Shown one piece after another: positions 50,883 through 62,500 of a stretch of 64,000 nt of DNA; positions within the stretch are counted from its first letter, which is position 1; the number at the start of each line of letters is the position of its first letter. The DNA is from Azolla caroliniana (taxonomy: Eukaryota > Plantae > Polypodiophyta). The translations under genes were made by a program, and so were the position numbers. Where the stretch lies: contig JBHGNT010000003.1 of the NCBI GenBank assembly GCA_043228905.1, forward strand, positions 4,526,001-4,590,000, read 5' to 3'. Under the pieces are notes generated by a model. It saw only the letters and a list, made by a program, of their open reading frames with translations, searched no databases and was not told the DNA's origin.

Positions 50883-51497
50883 TAGCGATGGGCCCGGTTC
50901 AGTTTCGGTTTGGTTTGGTTTCTTTGCCTTGAAACCAAATCGAACTAATCCAAACCATTTATATAAAACAAAAACCAAACCAAACCGTTGAACTTTCAAG
51001 CCATTAAACCAAACTATTTAAACCAAAACCGTTTAGGGAAAAGTTGAAAACAAACCGAGCCATTTAATAAAAAATTTAAACCTAACCACATTTAAACCAA
51101 ACTAATTAAAAAATTAAATACATAAGAATACACTAAATTAAATAAGCATTCATGTTAAATTAAATAAATAAATAAATAAGTATTAATTAAGCCATTAGAT
51201 TAAATAAACATTTAAGTTAAGTGAATTAAATCAATAAAAACCATTAAATTACATAAACATTTAAGGGATAAAAAAAGTTAGCCCAAAAACCTATAAACCT
51301 ATAAACTAAACCATTTAACCCTATAAACTGATAAACCCTAGTTTTAGAACCAAACCGAACTAAAAGAGAACTAAAAGAAAACTATTTATTAATAATTAAA
51401 ACCAAACCAAACCATTTAATTATTTTGGAATTTATAAACCTTTAAACCATGGCTTAATGGTTCAGTTCAGTTTGAGCCCAAACTGGGCCCATTGCTA
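50883..51497. mobile_element. hAT-type MITE, 615 bp, inserted in Copia G RT
   Basis: 17-bp TIRs TAGCGATGGGCCCGGTT / AACTGGGCCCATTGCTA (15/17); perfect 8-bp TSD gtcgggca; many aaacc subterminal motifs. Confidence 0.95.
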
Positions 51498-53149
51498 GTC
51501 GGGCAATCGCGCTGAGACAATCGAGTGCTAATGGGGAGTGGGGTTGAAGCAGATTTTGCCGATTGCATGTTGAAGCGTACTAAGACATGTTCAATGCAAT
51601 CGGATTGAGACAAAAACAACCGTCTTCAATTTTGATTCCGACTTATCTTCATTCCGAGAATGTGTCTTGCCGAACCGAGGTCCTTCATGGAAAACTTCAA
51701 CCGCAGTTGCCGAACAAGTTCGGCGAGCTCTTCAGCATGCCGACCGGAGAGTAGCATGTCGTCCACGTAGATGATGAGGAAGATGGGTGACCCATCTCGA
51801 GTTGTTTTCGTGAAGAGGCAATAGTTCTCATCGCTCTTGGAGAAGCCGACTGATAGGATGAAGTCATTGAACTTCTTATACCACTGTCTCAATGCTTGTT
51901 TTAGGCCATAAAGACTCTTCTTGAGTCAGCAGACTAGATGTTCTTGACCAAATGCCACAAAGCCTTTCGGCTGCTCCATATAAATTTCCTCCTCTAAGTC
52001 ACCATGGAGGAAGGCCGTTTTAACATCTAATTGAGTCAACTCCAAGACTGTGGCTGCCACTACACAGAGCATAAAGTGGAGGGTTGTCATTTTCACCATT
52101 GGTGAAAAGATTTCGTCAAAATCGGCGCCATATTCTTGTTGAAATCCTTTCGCAACTAACCTAGACTTGAATTTTGGGGTGGTTCAAGCGAACGTCTCTT
52201 TTAGCCTGTAGACCCACTTGCATGGAAGAGCACATCGATTCTTCGGTAGTTCGATCAAGTCCCAAGTCTTGTTTGGCCGAATGGAGTTCATTTCCGACTC
52301 CATCACCAAATGTCAGGTGGCTGAATCGGTAGATGTCGATGCTTCTTCGTATGACGTAGGTTCACTAGCGTTTGTAAGAATATTTCAGGACAATACGACA
52401 ATCTCTCGTATCTTCGAGGTATGACTGGACTTGTTGCATCAAGTGTCGGGGTCAGATGATACAAAGCCGAACCATTCAGCTATTCCAAGTCAAGCATTGT
52501 CGAATCGGGGCTTGAGGATTTAGCTACCTGTGAAGTCGATCTCATGTTATGGGTTGGGCCTTTGTGAAGGGTTGGCACTATGGAAAAAGATACCCTTTGA
52601 ACTTCAATAGGCCTTTCGGCCATCTTATGCATAGCCAACTCATTGAACACTATGTCCGAACTTCGGACGATCTGTCTATGCTCGGGGTCCTAGAGTCAGT
52701 AGCCAATTTCGCCATCTAGTCCATAACCAACGAAGATACATTTCCTAGACCTTGGTGCAAGTTTGTGGCAATCGTCTTTCGGTATAAGGGCGTATGCCTC
52801 ACACCCGAAATCCTCCATTTGTCATAATTCAGCTTATTGTTGGTTCATAATTCCTGAGTTATTCAAAGTCCTAGAGGCCTACTTAGCGACATATTGATTA
52901 TGTGTACTTCTGTAAGTAGGGCCTCTATCCAGAAGCCATCCGACAATCTAGAGTGTTGGAGCATGGAAACTATCCTTTCTTGAATTGTCTGGTTCATCCA
53001 CTCAGCAATTCCATTCTACTCCGGACTATGTGGTGTCGTATATTCAAGTCTTATGCCGCGTTGTCAACAACATTTGACAAATTCCTCAAACGTGTACTCC
53101 TCTCCATTATCCGTTCGAAGGCCTTTCAGCTTTCAACCGTTCTGGTTCT

Positions 53150-56100
53150 TGTCACAGATGAACAATTGGGGGTAAAGAGATGGGGAAGTTGATGAGATAG
53201 GGAGATCGAGAAGTTGATGACAATGAGTAAAAATATCTATTCCATGACTTGTGTTGATCTCCTTGATGTGAACAAGGGAGATCAACCATTTTTATACATG
53301 TAGTGATGCATGATAAGCATGCTCCTGCCAAGTCTTACATACTATAATATCAAGCATACTAATTCTTGCATGCCAAGTCTTACATACTCAGTCTTACATA
53401 CTAAGTCTTACATATTGGGTCTTACATACTAAGTCTTACATACTAGGTCTTACATACTGAGTCTTACATTCTAGGTCTTACATACCACTCTTTATACAAA
53501 GGTTTGAAGTCTAAAGTTTGTCTAGGAGAAATATATATACAAGGGCCTAAGGTTCACATTTGAGTCGATGTTCATGACATTATCCTCCCCTTAAGTGCCG
53601 ACTTCAAGAAGGTGCAGGTTTGTGAGGATATCGGAGATGAAAATCATGAACCACTTCTAGGGCATTTAGTAAATTTCTAGCGGGCTCCCATGTAGCCTCA
53701 GAGATGGGATATCCTTTCCACAATACCAAATATTGGAGCTTTCGTCGGCTCTTGCGCGAGTTCAAAATGGTCTCGACTTCATACTCATCCCTGGTTGCCA
53801 AAGCCACAGGGGGAGGTGGCTCGATGGTTCTTCCTGGAATTGAGGATGGATGATAGAGCTCAAGAAGTGATGCATGGAAGACATTGTGAATTCGGTAGTG
53901 TGATGGAAGAGCAAGACGGAAAGCCACAGTGTTGACTTTATCAATGATGCAGAATGGCCCAAACTTTTTGTAATCAAGTTTGTTGCATGGGCGAGTTGTC
54001 GGAATATGCCGACGTAATAGCCATACCATGTCACCGACTTTAAAATCAGGCGCAACACATCGATGTTGATCAGCCTTCTCTTTGTGTCGTTCTTGAGAAA
54101 TTGAGAGTTCTAGGGATAGGTCATGATGCACTTCTTTCATCAGACGACTTCTTTCTTCAGCAGATGGATTCACAAAACCAACAGGGATAGCTATACTAAA
54201 GCGTGGGTGGAATCCATAATTTTCAAAGAAGGGTGTTACACTAGTTGATGTGTGGAGAGTATTGTTGTAGGCGAACTCAGCCATTGGAAGAAAATTGATC
54301 CAACCATCTTGTTGATAACTTATCATACATCGGAGATATTTCTCTAGGATCTTATTTACTCGTTCTGTTTGGCCGTCTGTCTCAGGATGGAAGGCTGTCG
54401 AAAATTTTGTGGAAGTTCCAAGAGTCTGGAAGAGACGCTTCCAGAAATGAGACATAAATTGGGGGTCACGATCAGAGATAATGTCATCCGGTAAACCATG
54501 AAGGCGCACAATATTTGTTAACAATAGATCTGTTGTTTCCAACCCTGAAATTGCTTTAGAACATGGAATAAAATGTGCCATCTTTGTGAATCTATCCACC
54601 ACCACTAATACTGAATTGAATCCCTCAATGTCGGGAAGGTCGGTGATAAAATCCGTCGAGATGGAGGCCCATGGCCTACTTGGAATTGGCAAAGGTTGAA
54701 GTAGACCGTAGGGACGATGATGTACTGCTTTGGCACGGGCACATGTATCACATGTTTTCACAAATTGTTTAACAAGTTTCCAAGGTTGTGGCCACCAATA
54801 ACTTCTAGAGATTAACTCCAAAGTTTTTGCAACACCAAAATGTCCAGCTAGGGCGTCATCATGGCATTCCTTCATAATACGAATACGACAGGACCATCTG
54901 GGACATACATTAAGTTGTTCCGAAAAAGAAAACCATCTCGAAACATAAATTGTTCTTGATTATTCCGTACCTCTTTTATGCTTGATTTGTTGACTCGATT
55001 ATCCTTAATTTCTTTTGCAAATTTGTCGGTGGCAGTATCTGTGGCTATTGCATTGAGTAATGATTCATCTGCAAAGATTTTAATCTAATGTGGCTATAGG
55101 AGACAACGCGATTGTTGATTGTAGGTCTCATCTCCTGGTCGAATTTCAAATTCCGAACGCCGAGATAGGGCATTGGCTTTACCATGTTGGGCACCGAGAC
55201 GAAAAACAATTTGAAAGTCATTGTCAGCCAGGAAGGTTGCAATAATGGCAGAGAGTTCTTTGTCATAAACTAGGTAGTTGATCTCGGGAGGTGTGAACTT
55301 CCGAGAATAAAAGGCAACAGGATGAAGAATCCCATTGTTATCTGATTGAGAGAGAATGGCACCGATGGCGAAGTCAGAGGCATCAATTTCGATCGTAAAT
55401 GGTTTGGTCAGATTTGGGTGTAGAAGTATCAGAGCCGAGGTAAAAGCTTTTTTTAGTGTCTCTAATGCTAGTTGGGTTGTGGGAGTCCAACAAAAAGGGG
55501 AATCCTTCCGAGTGAGTGCTATAAGTGGTTGCGCCAATGTAGAGAATCCATGAATGAATCGATGATAGAAGTTGGCAAAACCCAAAAATGATTGCACATC
55601 CTTGACCCTGGTGGGGACTTCCCACTGTTGAACCGTTTCGACTTTCTTCTCATCCATAGTGATACCATCAGATGAAATGACATACCCGAGGAATTCAACT
55701 GAGCTTCGATCAAACTCACACTTTTCGGGTTTCGCATAAAGTCCATGTTCCCGAAGTTTGGTCAAGATAAATCAAACGTGCTTGGTGGTCTCTATGTAGT
55801 CCTGTGAGAAGATAAGTATGTCGTCGAGATAGATGACCACAAATTGGTCTAGATATTCTCGGAAAATCTCATTCATCATATGCTGAAAAACGGCAGGAGC
55901 ATTTGTGAGACCAAATGGCATTACCATGTATTCAAAATGCCCATACCTAGTTCGAAATGTCATTTTCCACTCATCTCCAAGCTTGATACGCACCAAGTTG
56001 TAGGCGCCTCTAAGATCAATTTTGGAGAATATACGCCCAGTCCGAAGTCGGTCAAGGAGTTCGGTGATTAGAGGTAGTGGATAGCGGTTTCGAACTGTGA

Positions 56101-58727
56101 CTCGATTGAGCCCGCGATAGTCGATACATAGGTGCAATGTTCAATCTTTCTTTTGGACAAATAGAATAGGAGAGCCAGCTAGAGATTTTGAGTGGAGAAT
56201 GAATCCCTTTGCGAGATTCTCTTCAATGTATATTTTGAGGGTCTTGAGTTCAGGTTCAGATAACCCATAGATAGGGCCAAATGGAGGACAAGCACCATCT
56301 TTCAAGTCAATTGGACAATCGTATGGGCGATGTTCGGGCAAGCGATCAGCATTTTTCTTCTCAAATACATCAGAGAAATCATTGTATTTTGATGGAAAAG
56401 AGCTAGTACATAAGGTAGTATCTGGAGTGGACATTACCACCATGTCCTTAGAATTAGAAATGGATGCAATCAACATTGTATCGCTTACCTGAGCAAGAGT
56501 TGGAACTATTTCCGAGGCCGACACGGGACTAACTATCGATGTTGTTTCTATTGGAGCAACCGCTGACATGGTTCTCACTGAAGAGGAAATGGGAGCGACC
56601 GACAACCTGGTCCTCACTGGAGCAGAAATGGGAGTTTCCCTTTAAACATGGGTGGGAGCGACCGTTGACACGATCCTCATTGGAGCAGAAACTGGAATCG
56701 GAGCAACCATTGATGTGGTTCTCACTGGAGCAGAAACTGGAGTTGTCCCCAAAACATGAGTGGGAGCAACCATTGAGACGGTCCTCACCGGAGTAGGCGG
56801 CCAAACAAATGGCGGAGCATTGGCTCGAAGAAGGGTGGACGTAATACCTTGTGAGTGAAAATTCGAGATGAAATTGATGGAGCGAGATCGCCAATCCACG
56901 ACTGGAATGTGAGTTTCAAGCCATGATAACCCCAAGATGATGTGATGTGATGTGATGTGATGTGATGTGATGTGATGAGGTTAAAAGTGATTTCTTCCTG
57001 GTGGGCTCCTATGTGGAGACCCAAGGGAATTGTTGTATTTGTGATGGCACTAGAAGAGAGCGTTCAACCATCGATCACTTCAACTAGAATCGGGACGGTT
57101 AATTTGTTGCTTGGAATGTTGTATTTCCGTGCAAACATGATGTCCATAAAGCACGACGTAACCGCAGAAACCAACAAAACTTTTGTCTTTAGAGTGGTAG
57201 AGCCAAACTGAAGAGTGATCGGAATTGTGAAACTTGTTGTTGAGGAAGTCGGTTGATTGGGCCCTTGACATAATTGTCAACTCTTGTGGTCCAGATGCAC
57301 AACCCCTACTGCAACTGGACATTGGAGTTTTCCTGTTGGCCGAAAATGTCAACCCCATCCACACGATGTGGTGTTTGACGGGGTCCCATTTTTGGGCAAG
57401 AGCGGATCAAATGGTCAGGGACGCCACAATAAAGACATAAATTGTTGGCTCGTCAATGTTGTTGTTGCGCATTAGTCAATGGTCAATAGCGAATTCGATC
57501 GATCTCCATTGGCGAGCTAGAATCTGTGGCGGGAGTTGAAGATGAAATGGAGAATGACATGGGAGGCGGTGTCGTCAACCATGGTAGGTGACTTTGCGTA
57601 GCAGCTGGCCAAGGTGGATGGATCCGGTTAGGACATTCCTCTTGTCGGAACTCAAAGAGACGGTTATCGTAGCGCACAGCTTGGGAAATAGCCTCATTCA
57701 AAGATGTGGGCTCAGGAAAATTAAGTAAAAGATTTTTTATCTCACCTCGTAATCCTCGGGGGAATTGATCGAGGAGGGCTTGTCCGTCCCACTCGACATC
57801 GCACGCGAGCTGACGAAATTCGGATGCATAGACTGATGTTGCACGATCGCCTTGTTGTAACGCATGTAGTTTGTTGAGTGTGGCTCGTCATTTGTCGGTC
57901 TCCCCAAAAGTTGCCTCAAATTCGGTAAGAAATTCTTGGAATTCATTCAAGAGAGGTGAAGAGGTTTCCACTAGAGGGGAAAACCAAGCTTGTGCTTGTC
58001 TTGTCAACAACGTGCCGAAGAGCCCAACTTGTCGAAAGTCATCATAATAGTGTCGGGGCTGAAGACGAATAATAAGGCGGATTTGGTTGATGAAAACTCT
58101 TAGCTATGACTTTGTTTTATTGAATTTGTCTAGCAAGCTGACATTGGGTTCTACAGCTTAAGGGTCAACAATCAGGTGAGGTATAACCGGTGTGGCTGCC
58201 TGAAGTTCTTGAACATAGAGTTTCGCAAGTTCGCATTTTTATCTTGGAGTTGTTGCACGACCACTAAAATTTGCTCAAGATTACTAGATGATTCTGACAT
58301 GATAGTGTATTGAGAAAGAAGGAAAGAAGGAGATCAATCTGTCACAGATGAACAATTGCGGGTAAAGAGATGGGGAAGTTGATGAGATAGGGAGATCGAG
58401 AAGTTGATGACAATGAGTAAAAATATCTATTCCATGACTGGTGTTGATCTCCTTGATGTTAACAAGGGAGATCAACCCTTTTTATACATGTAGTGATGCA
58501 TGATAAGCATGTTCATGCCAAGTCTTACATACTATAATATCAAGTATACTAATTCTTGCATGCCAAGTCTTACATACTCGGTCTTACATACTAGGTGTTA
58601 CATACCGAGTCTTACATACTAGGTCTTACATACCACTCTTTATACAAAGGTTTGAAGTCTAAAGTTTGTCTAGGAGAAATATATATACAAGGGCCTAAGG
58701 TTCACATTTGAGTCGATGTTCATGACA
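53150..58727 (-). mobile_element. Chromovirus H (Tcn1/Tf1-like Gypsy), 5.6 kb with both LTRs (53150-53579 and 58340-58727); gag-PR-RT-RH-INT-CHD, with frameshifts and an RNase H deletion
   Basis: Perfect TSD gttct; PPT from 53580; [37 protein letters not shown] and YLVLWKGYPISEATWEP motifs. Confidence 0.95.
53604..54875 (-). CDS. Integrase plus chromodomain of chromovirus H (open part of a disrupted pol)
   Basis: HHCC finger, DDE core, GPF and chromodomain in a 423-aa ORF. Confidence 0.85.
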   Translation of the reverse strand: MKECHDDALAGHFGVAKTLELISRSYWWPQPWKLVKQFVKTCDTCARAKAVHHRPYGLLQPLPIPSRPWASISTDFITDLPDIEGFNSVLVVVDRFTKMAHFIPCSKAISGLETTDLLLTNIVRLHGLPDDIISDRDPQFMSHFWKRLFQTLGTSTKFSTAFHPETDGQTERVNKILEKYLRCMISYQQDGWINFLPMAEFAYNNTLHTSTSVTPFFENYGFHPRFSIAIPVGFVNPSAEERSRLMKEVHHDLSLELSISQERHKEKADQHRCVAPDFKVGDMVWLLRRHIPTTRPCNKLDYKKFGPFCIIDKVNTVAFRLALPSHYRIHNVFHASLLELYHPSSIPGRTIEPPPPVALATRDEYEVETILNSRKSRRKLQYLVLWKGYPISEATWEPARNLLNALEVVHDFHLRYPHKPAPS

Positions 58728-59284
58728 GTTCTCTACCATAGTGAGCCAATCGGAAACAATCGAGAACACTCAATCTTAGTTTTGATCAGATAAGCCCACA
58801 CCTTCCGAGTCGAGTTGTCAATAAAGTTAATGCAATATAAAGCACCACCAAGAGATTGATGTGGCAAAGGACCACATGCATCCGAGTGGACCAAATTGAG
58901 TGGACTCGATTCTCTCGGTGCTGTTGTCAGGTGTGATGCGGCTATCTGTTTGCCATACTGGCAATGCTCGCAGAATTGATGATCGAAGAAGGAGAGTTTA
59001 AGGATGTATCTGGCTCTAGATAAATGCGTTATGTCGTCGTTGCTGAGGTGTTTGAGTCGTCCATTCCATACAATGGGTACAATGAATGTACTTTTGGTCC
59101 TCGACCAAGAAAGAGGTTCCCCCTGTGGAGTGTTCACCCTCCTTATGAGAAGCCAACATTCATGTCGTCTTCGTCCAATTGTCTGACTGACATCAAAGGT
59201 CTTGAGAGCTCAAGTACATGTCGGAAAATTATGTAGTACTAATGTAGAGCCACCTGGAAGGTTGAGCTCTAATGTTTCACGAAT

Positions 59285-59518
59285 CCAAGTGAAGGACTGG
59301 CATTGGAGGACGTAAATAGTCTGGTGGTGACGATTATCTTCAAAGGTAAAGAAGTACATGGCACGATTATAGATGGAGGATCTGGCGTGAACGTAATTAG
59401 CCGAAAAACCTGCGATGAACTGGGGATCCGGGAATGGGAACCGTGCCCATTGTAGTTGCAAATGGCGAACACAAGCTCGGTCAGGCCGACCGAACTTATC
59501 CGAGATTTGGTGATAACC
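59285..59518 (+). pseudogene. Gypsy protease fragment related to element E
   Basis: GKEVHGTIIDGGSGVNVISRKTCDELGIREWEPCP matches 22650-22760. Confidence 0.8.
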
Positions 59519-62500
59519 TGTAAAGAATCAAGAGATGGATTCTGTGAAGCGGAATAGATATGAGTTGTGTGTGTGTATGAGAGAGAGTGAGAGAGACAAG
59601 GAGTAAGACACAAAGAATACGCAAGGTAAAAGTATATTAACAAAGGAGAAAGACTCAACATAATACAAGGTGGGAGGAGGGTGCTATATATAGTCACCCT
59701 CTCTCGTCATTAACTACAAGACTCATGGAGCATGGGGAATGTGAAAGCTCATAAGTTATGTGTCATAGAATATGATTCTATGACTCATACTAAATGCTAG
59801 AATACAAAGTGGTGACATAATGGTGACTCTTGACCGTTGGAGTGTCTATTCACTCTCAAGGTGAGTTCACACACTAGACCAAGTTGAGCTTGATTCTCAA
59901 CACACCCCCTCAAGCTCAAATCGGGTCGGTTTTAGACAGTATCCGAAATCCGCTTTGACTCGTGTTCCGAGTTGCGGAATCCGTGCTCCAGCTTGCGTTG
60001 TGCGTAGTTGTGAAGTCTGTGCTTCGGCTTGCATCTTTCTTCGCGGCTTTGCGCGGTAGATCGGCTCTTCGTGGCTTCGTTGCGCGGTTGCGGAATCCAC
60101 GCGTTATTACGTAGTGTCTTCAGTACTCCCCCTCAAGCTTGGCGGGTCAGGGATCGTCAATCCGAGATCGGTGATGAATTGCCATAGCTTGTCGGCTCCT
60201 AAGGCTTTAGTGAAGATGTCGGTCGTTTGAAGACTGGTGCTAATGTGTTGTAGGTCGACATCGCCAACTAGAACGCACTCTCGGATGAAATGATAGTGCA
60301 CTTCGATGTGCTTTGTCCGCGCGTGGAACACCGGGTTCCGAGCTAGATAGATACTGCTCATGTTGTCGTAGTAAAGGGAAGTCGGATCCTTGATGGGTAT
60401 GCCCAGATCCTTGAGTATCCTTTTCAGCCATACGGTTTCACATGCGGCCACTGCCGCGCCCCTTGTATTCTGCCTCTGTGCTCGAAAGAGCGACGGTTGG
60501 TTGCTTTTTGCTGCTCCAGGATATTGCTCCGCTATCGAGGGAAAAAACAAATCCCGAGGTTGATCTTCTATCGACTTTGTAGCTGGCCCAATCGGCGTCT
60601 GTGTACCCCTCGAGTCCTATTGGCATCGCGGTCTTGTAGAGGATGCCGCAATCCATTGTGCCGCTCACGTATCGTAGAACTCGGTTAGCGCAATCCAAGT
60701 GAGTATCACGCGATGTTTGCATGAATTGACTAAGGAGACCGACCGGATAACTGAGATCGGGTTGAGTGATCATGAGGTAGATGAGACTCCCGATGAGTTG
60801 CCGATACTGAGTCACCTCACTCGCGTTGGTGCCGGAGTTCGTATCTAGTTTGAGATTGTGATCGAGCGAGGTTGCCGCGGATTTGCACTCAGCCATACCG
60901 AACTTGTACAACAAGTTGAGGATGTAGTGCCGTTGAGAGATCATGATTCCGACCGGAGTCCGAATTACCTCGATTCCGAGAAAGTAGTGGAGCTCCTTCA
61001 TGTCCGTCATGTCAAACTTTTCGGAAATGAGGGATTTGACCTTATTGATTTCGACGAGATGCTCACCTCCAATGACTAGGTCATCCACATATAAGATGAT
61101 GACGATCGGACTTGCGGAATCGCTTCGTATGTAGAGGGAGTTGTCTGATTTTGACATACGTAAGCCGATTTGATGAAGATATTGCATTATCTTCGAATGC
61201 CAAGCATGCGGTGCTTGCTTGAGGCCGTAGAGTGGCTTCTTGAGTCGGCATACAGCTTTCAAATGGATGCTCGAGTTGAAGCCGGGTGGTTGTATCATGT
61301 ACACCTCCTCTTCTAATTCACCTTGTAGAAAGGCGTTCTTGACATCCATTTGACGGAGGTGCCACCCTTTCGCTACTGCAAGCACTATCACGGTTCGCAC
61401 GGTTGTCATCTTTGCCACCGGGGCAAAGGTCTTTTCATAGTCGGCGCCTTGTGTTTGTGCGTAGCTCTTTGCTACGAGTCGAGCTTTGTAGCGGTTGACA
61501 GAACCATCAGCATTATACTTCACTTTGTAAATCCATCTGCATCCGATCGCCTTTTTGTGTGGTAAGGTGGGAACGAGATCCCGCGTCTCATTCTTGTGTA
61601 GTGCCTGCATCTCCTCATTCATGGCTTCGATCTATCACGGATCCTTGGCTGCTTCGGAAAATGTTTCCGGCTCGCGTACTGTCGCCACCTTCATCATAAA
61701 TGCATAGTGATATGCCATGTAGTCGTTGTAGCCGAATCGGTCTAACCGGATTCTTTTCATGGGTGGAGCGGTGGAGCTTTTCATTTGCAGAGATGAGGGC
61801 TTTCTTAGCTCTGATTGGTACATCGAAGCCACCGAACTCACTGTCGATTGACTGAGTCGAGTCATTGTCGTCGAAGCGATCGTCTTCGTATTCCGACATT
61901 TCCGCCTTGCCTTTGTCCATCTTCGGGCTAGGCCGTGATGTGCTTTGATCGCTCGGGGGCTCTTGTGGCCCACTTAGCCTTGTGGTAATCGGGCTATCTT
62001 CGAACATGTCTTTGAGGCAATCTCCACCTTCTCGCTCTTGTTCGCCGGATTCCGGGTCGAGCGGAATCAGAGTCGAAGTTGTCTCAGGTGCATACCAGGA
62101 TGCGGACTCGTCAAAAACGACATCTCGACTTACTCGAGATTTTCGAGTTGAGGGGTTGTAGCATTTGTACCCCTTTTGCTCCAGTGAGTATCCTACGAGG
62201 ATACATTTCTCCGACTTCGGGTCAAGCTTTTGACGCTTCTCGTCGGGGATGTGCACGTACGGCGATAGGTCTGGCTTCTTTCCGAAGAACTTCTCGTGCG
62301 AAGTGACCTCGTGCACTCCGGATGTTGTGCACCGGTTCATTAGGTAGACGGTCGTATTTGCAGTTTCGGCCAATATGACTTGGGCATATGCTTCTCGTTC
62401 ATCATGGCCCGCGCTACTTCGAGGATGTGCCGATTTTTGCGCTTGGCTACTCCGTTTTGTTTCAGAGTGATTCGGCAAGTGAATTCTCGCCGAATTCCTT

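Larger units (their letters stand above)
49636..59280 (-). mobile_element. Copia element G (same family as F): 3' LTR 49636-49947, PPT 49948-49956, RNase H/RT/INT; split by a hAT MITE and chromovirus H
   Basis: SKHIDVRYHF, IYVDDMLL and CEHCQYGKQ motifs; LTR and PPT (attacgggggag) similar to F. Confidence 0.88.
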
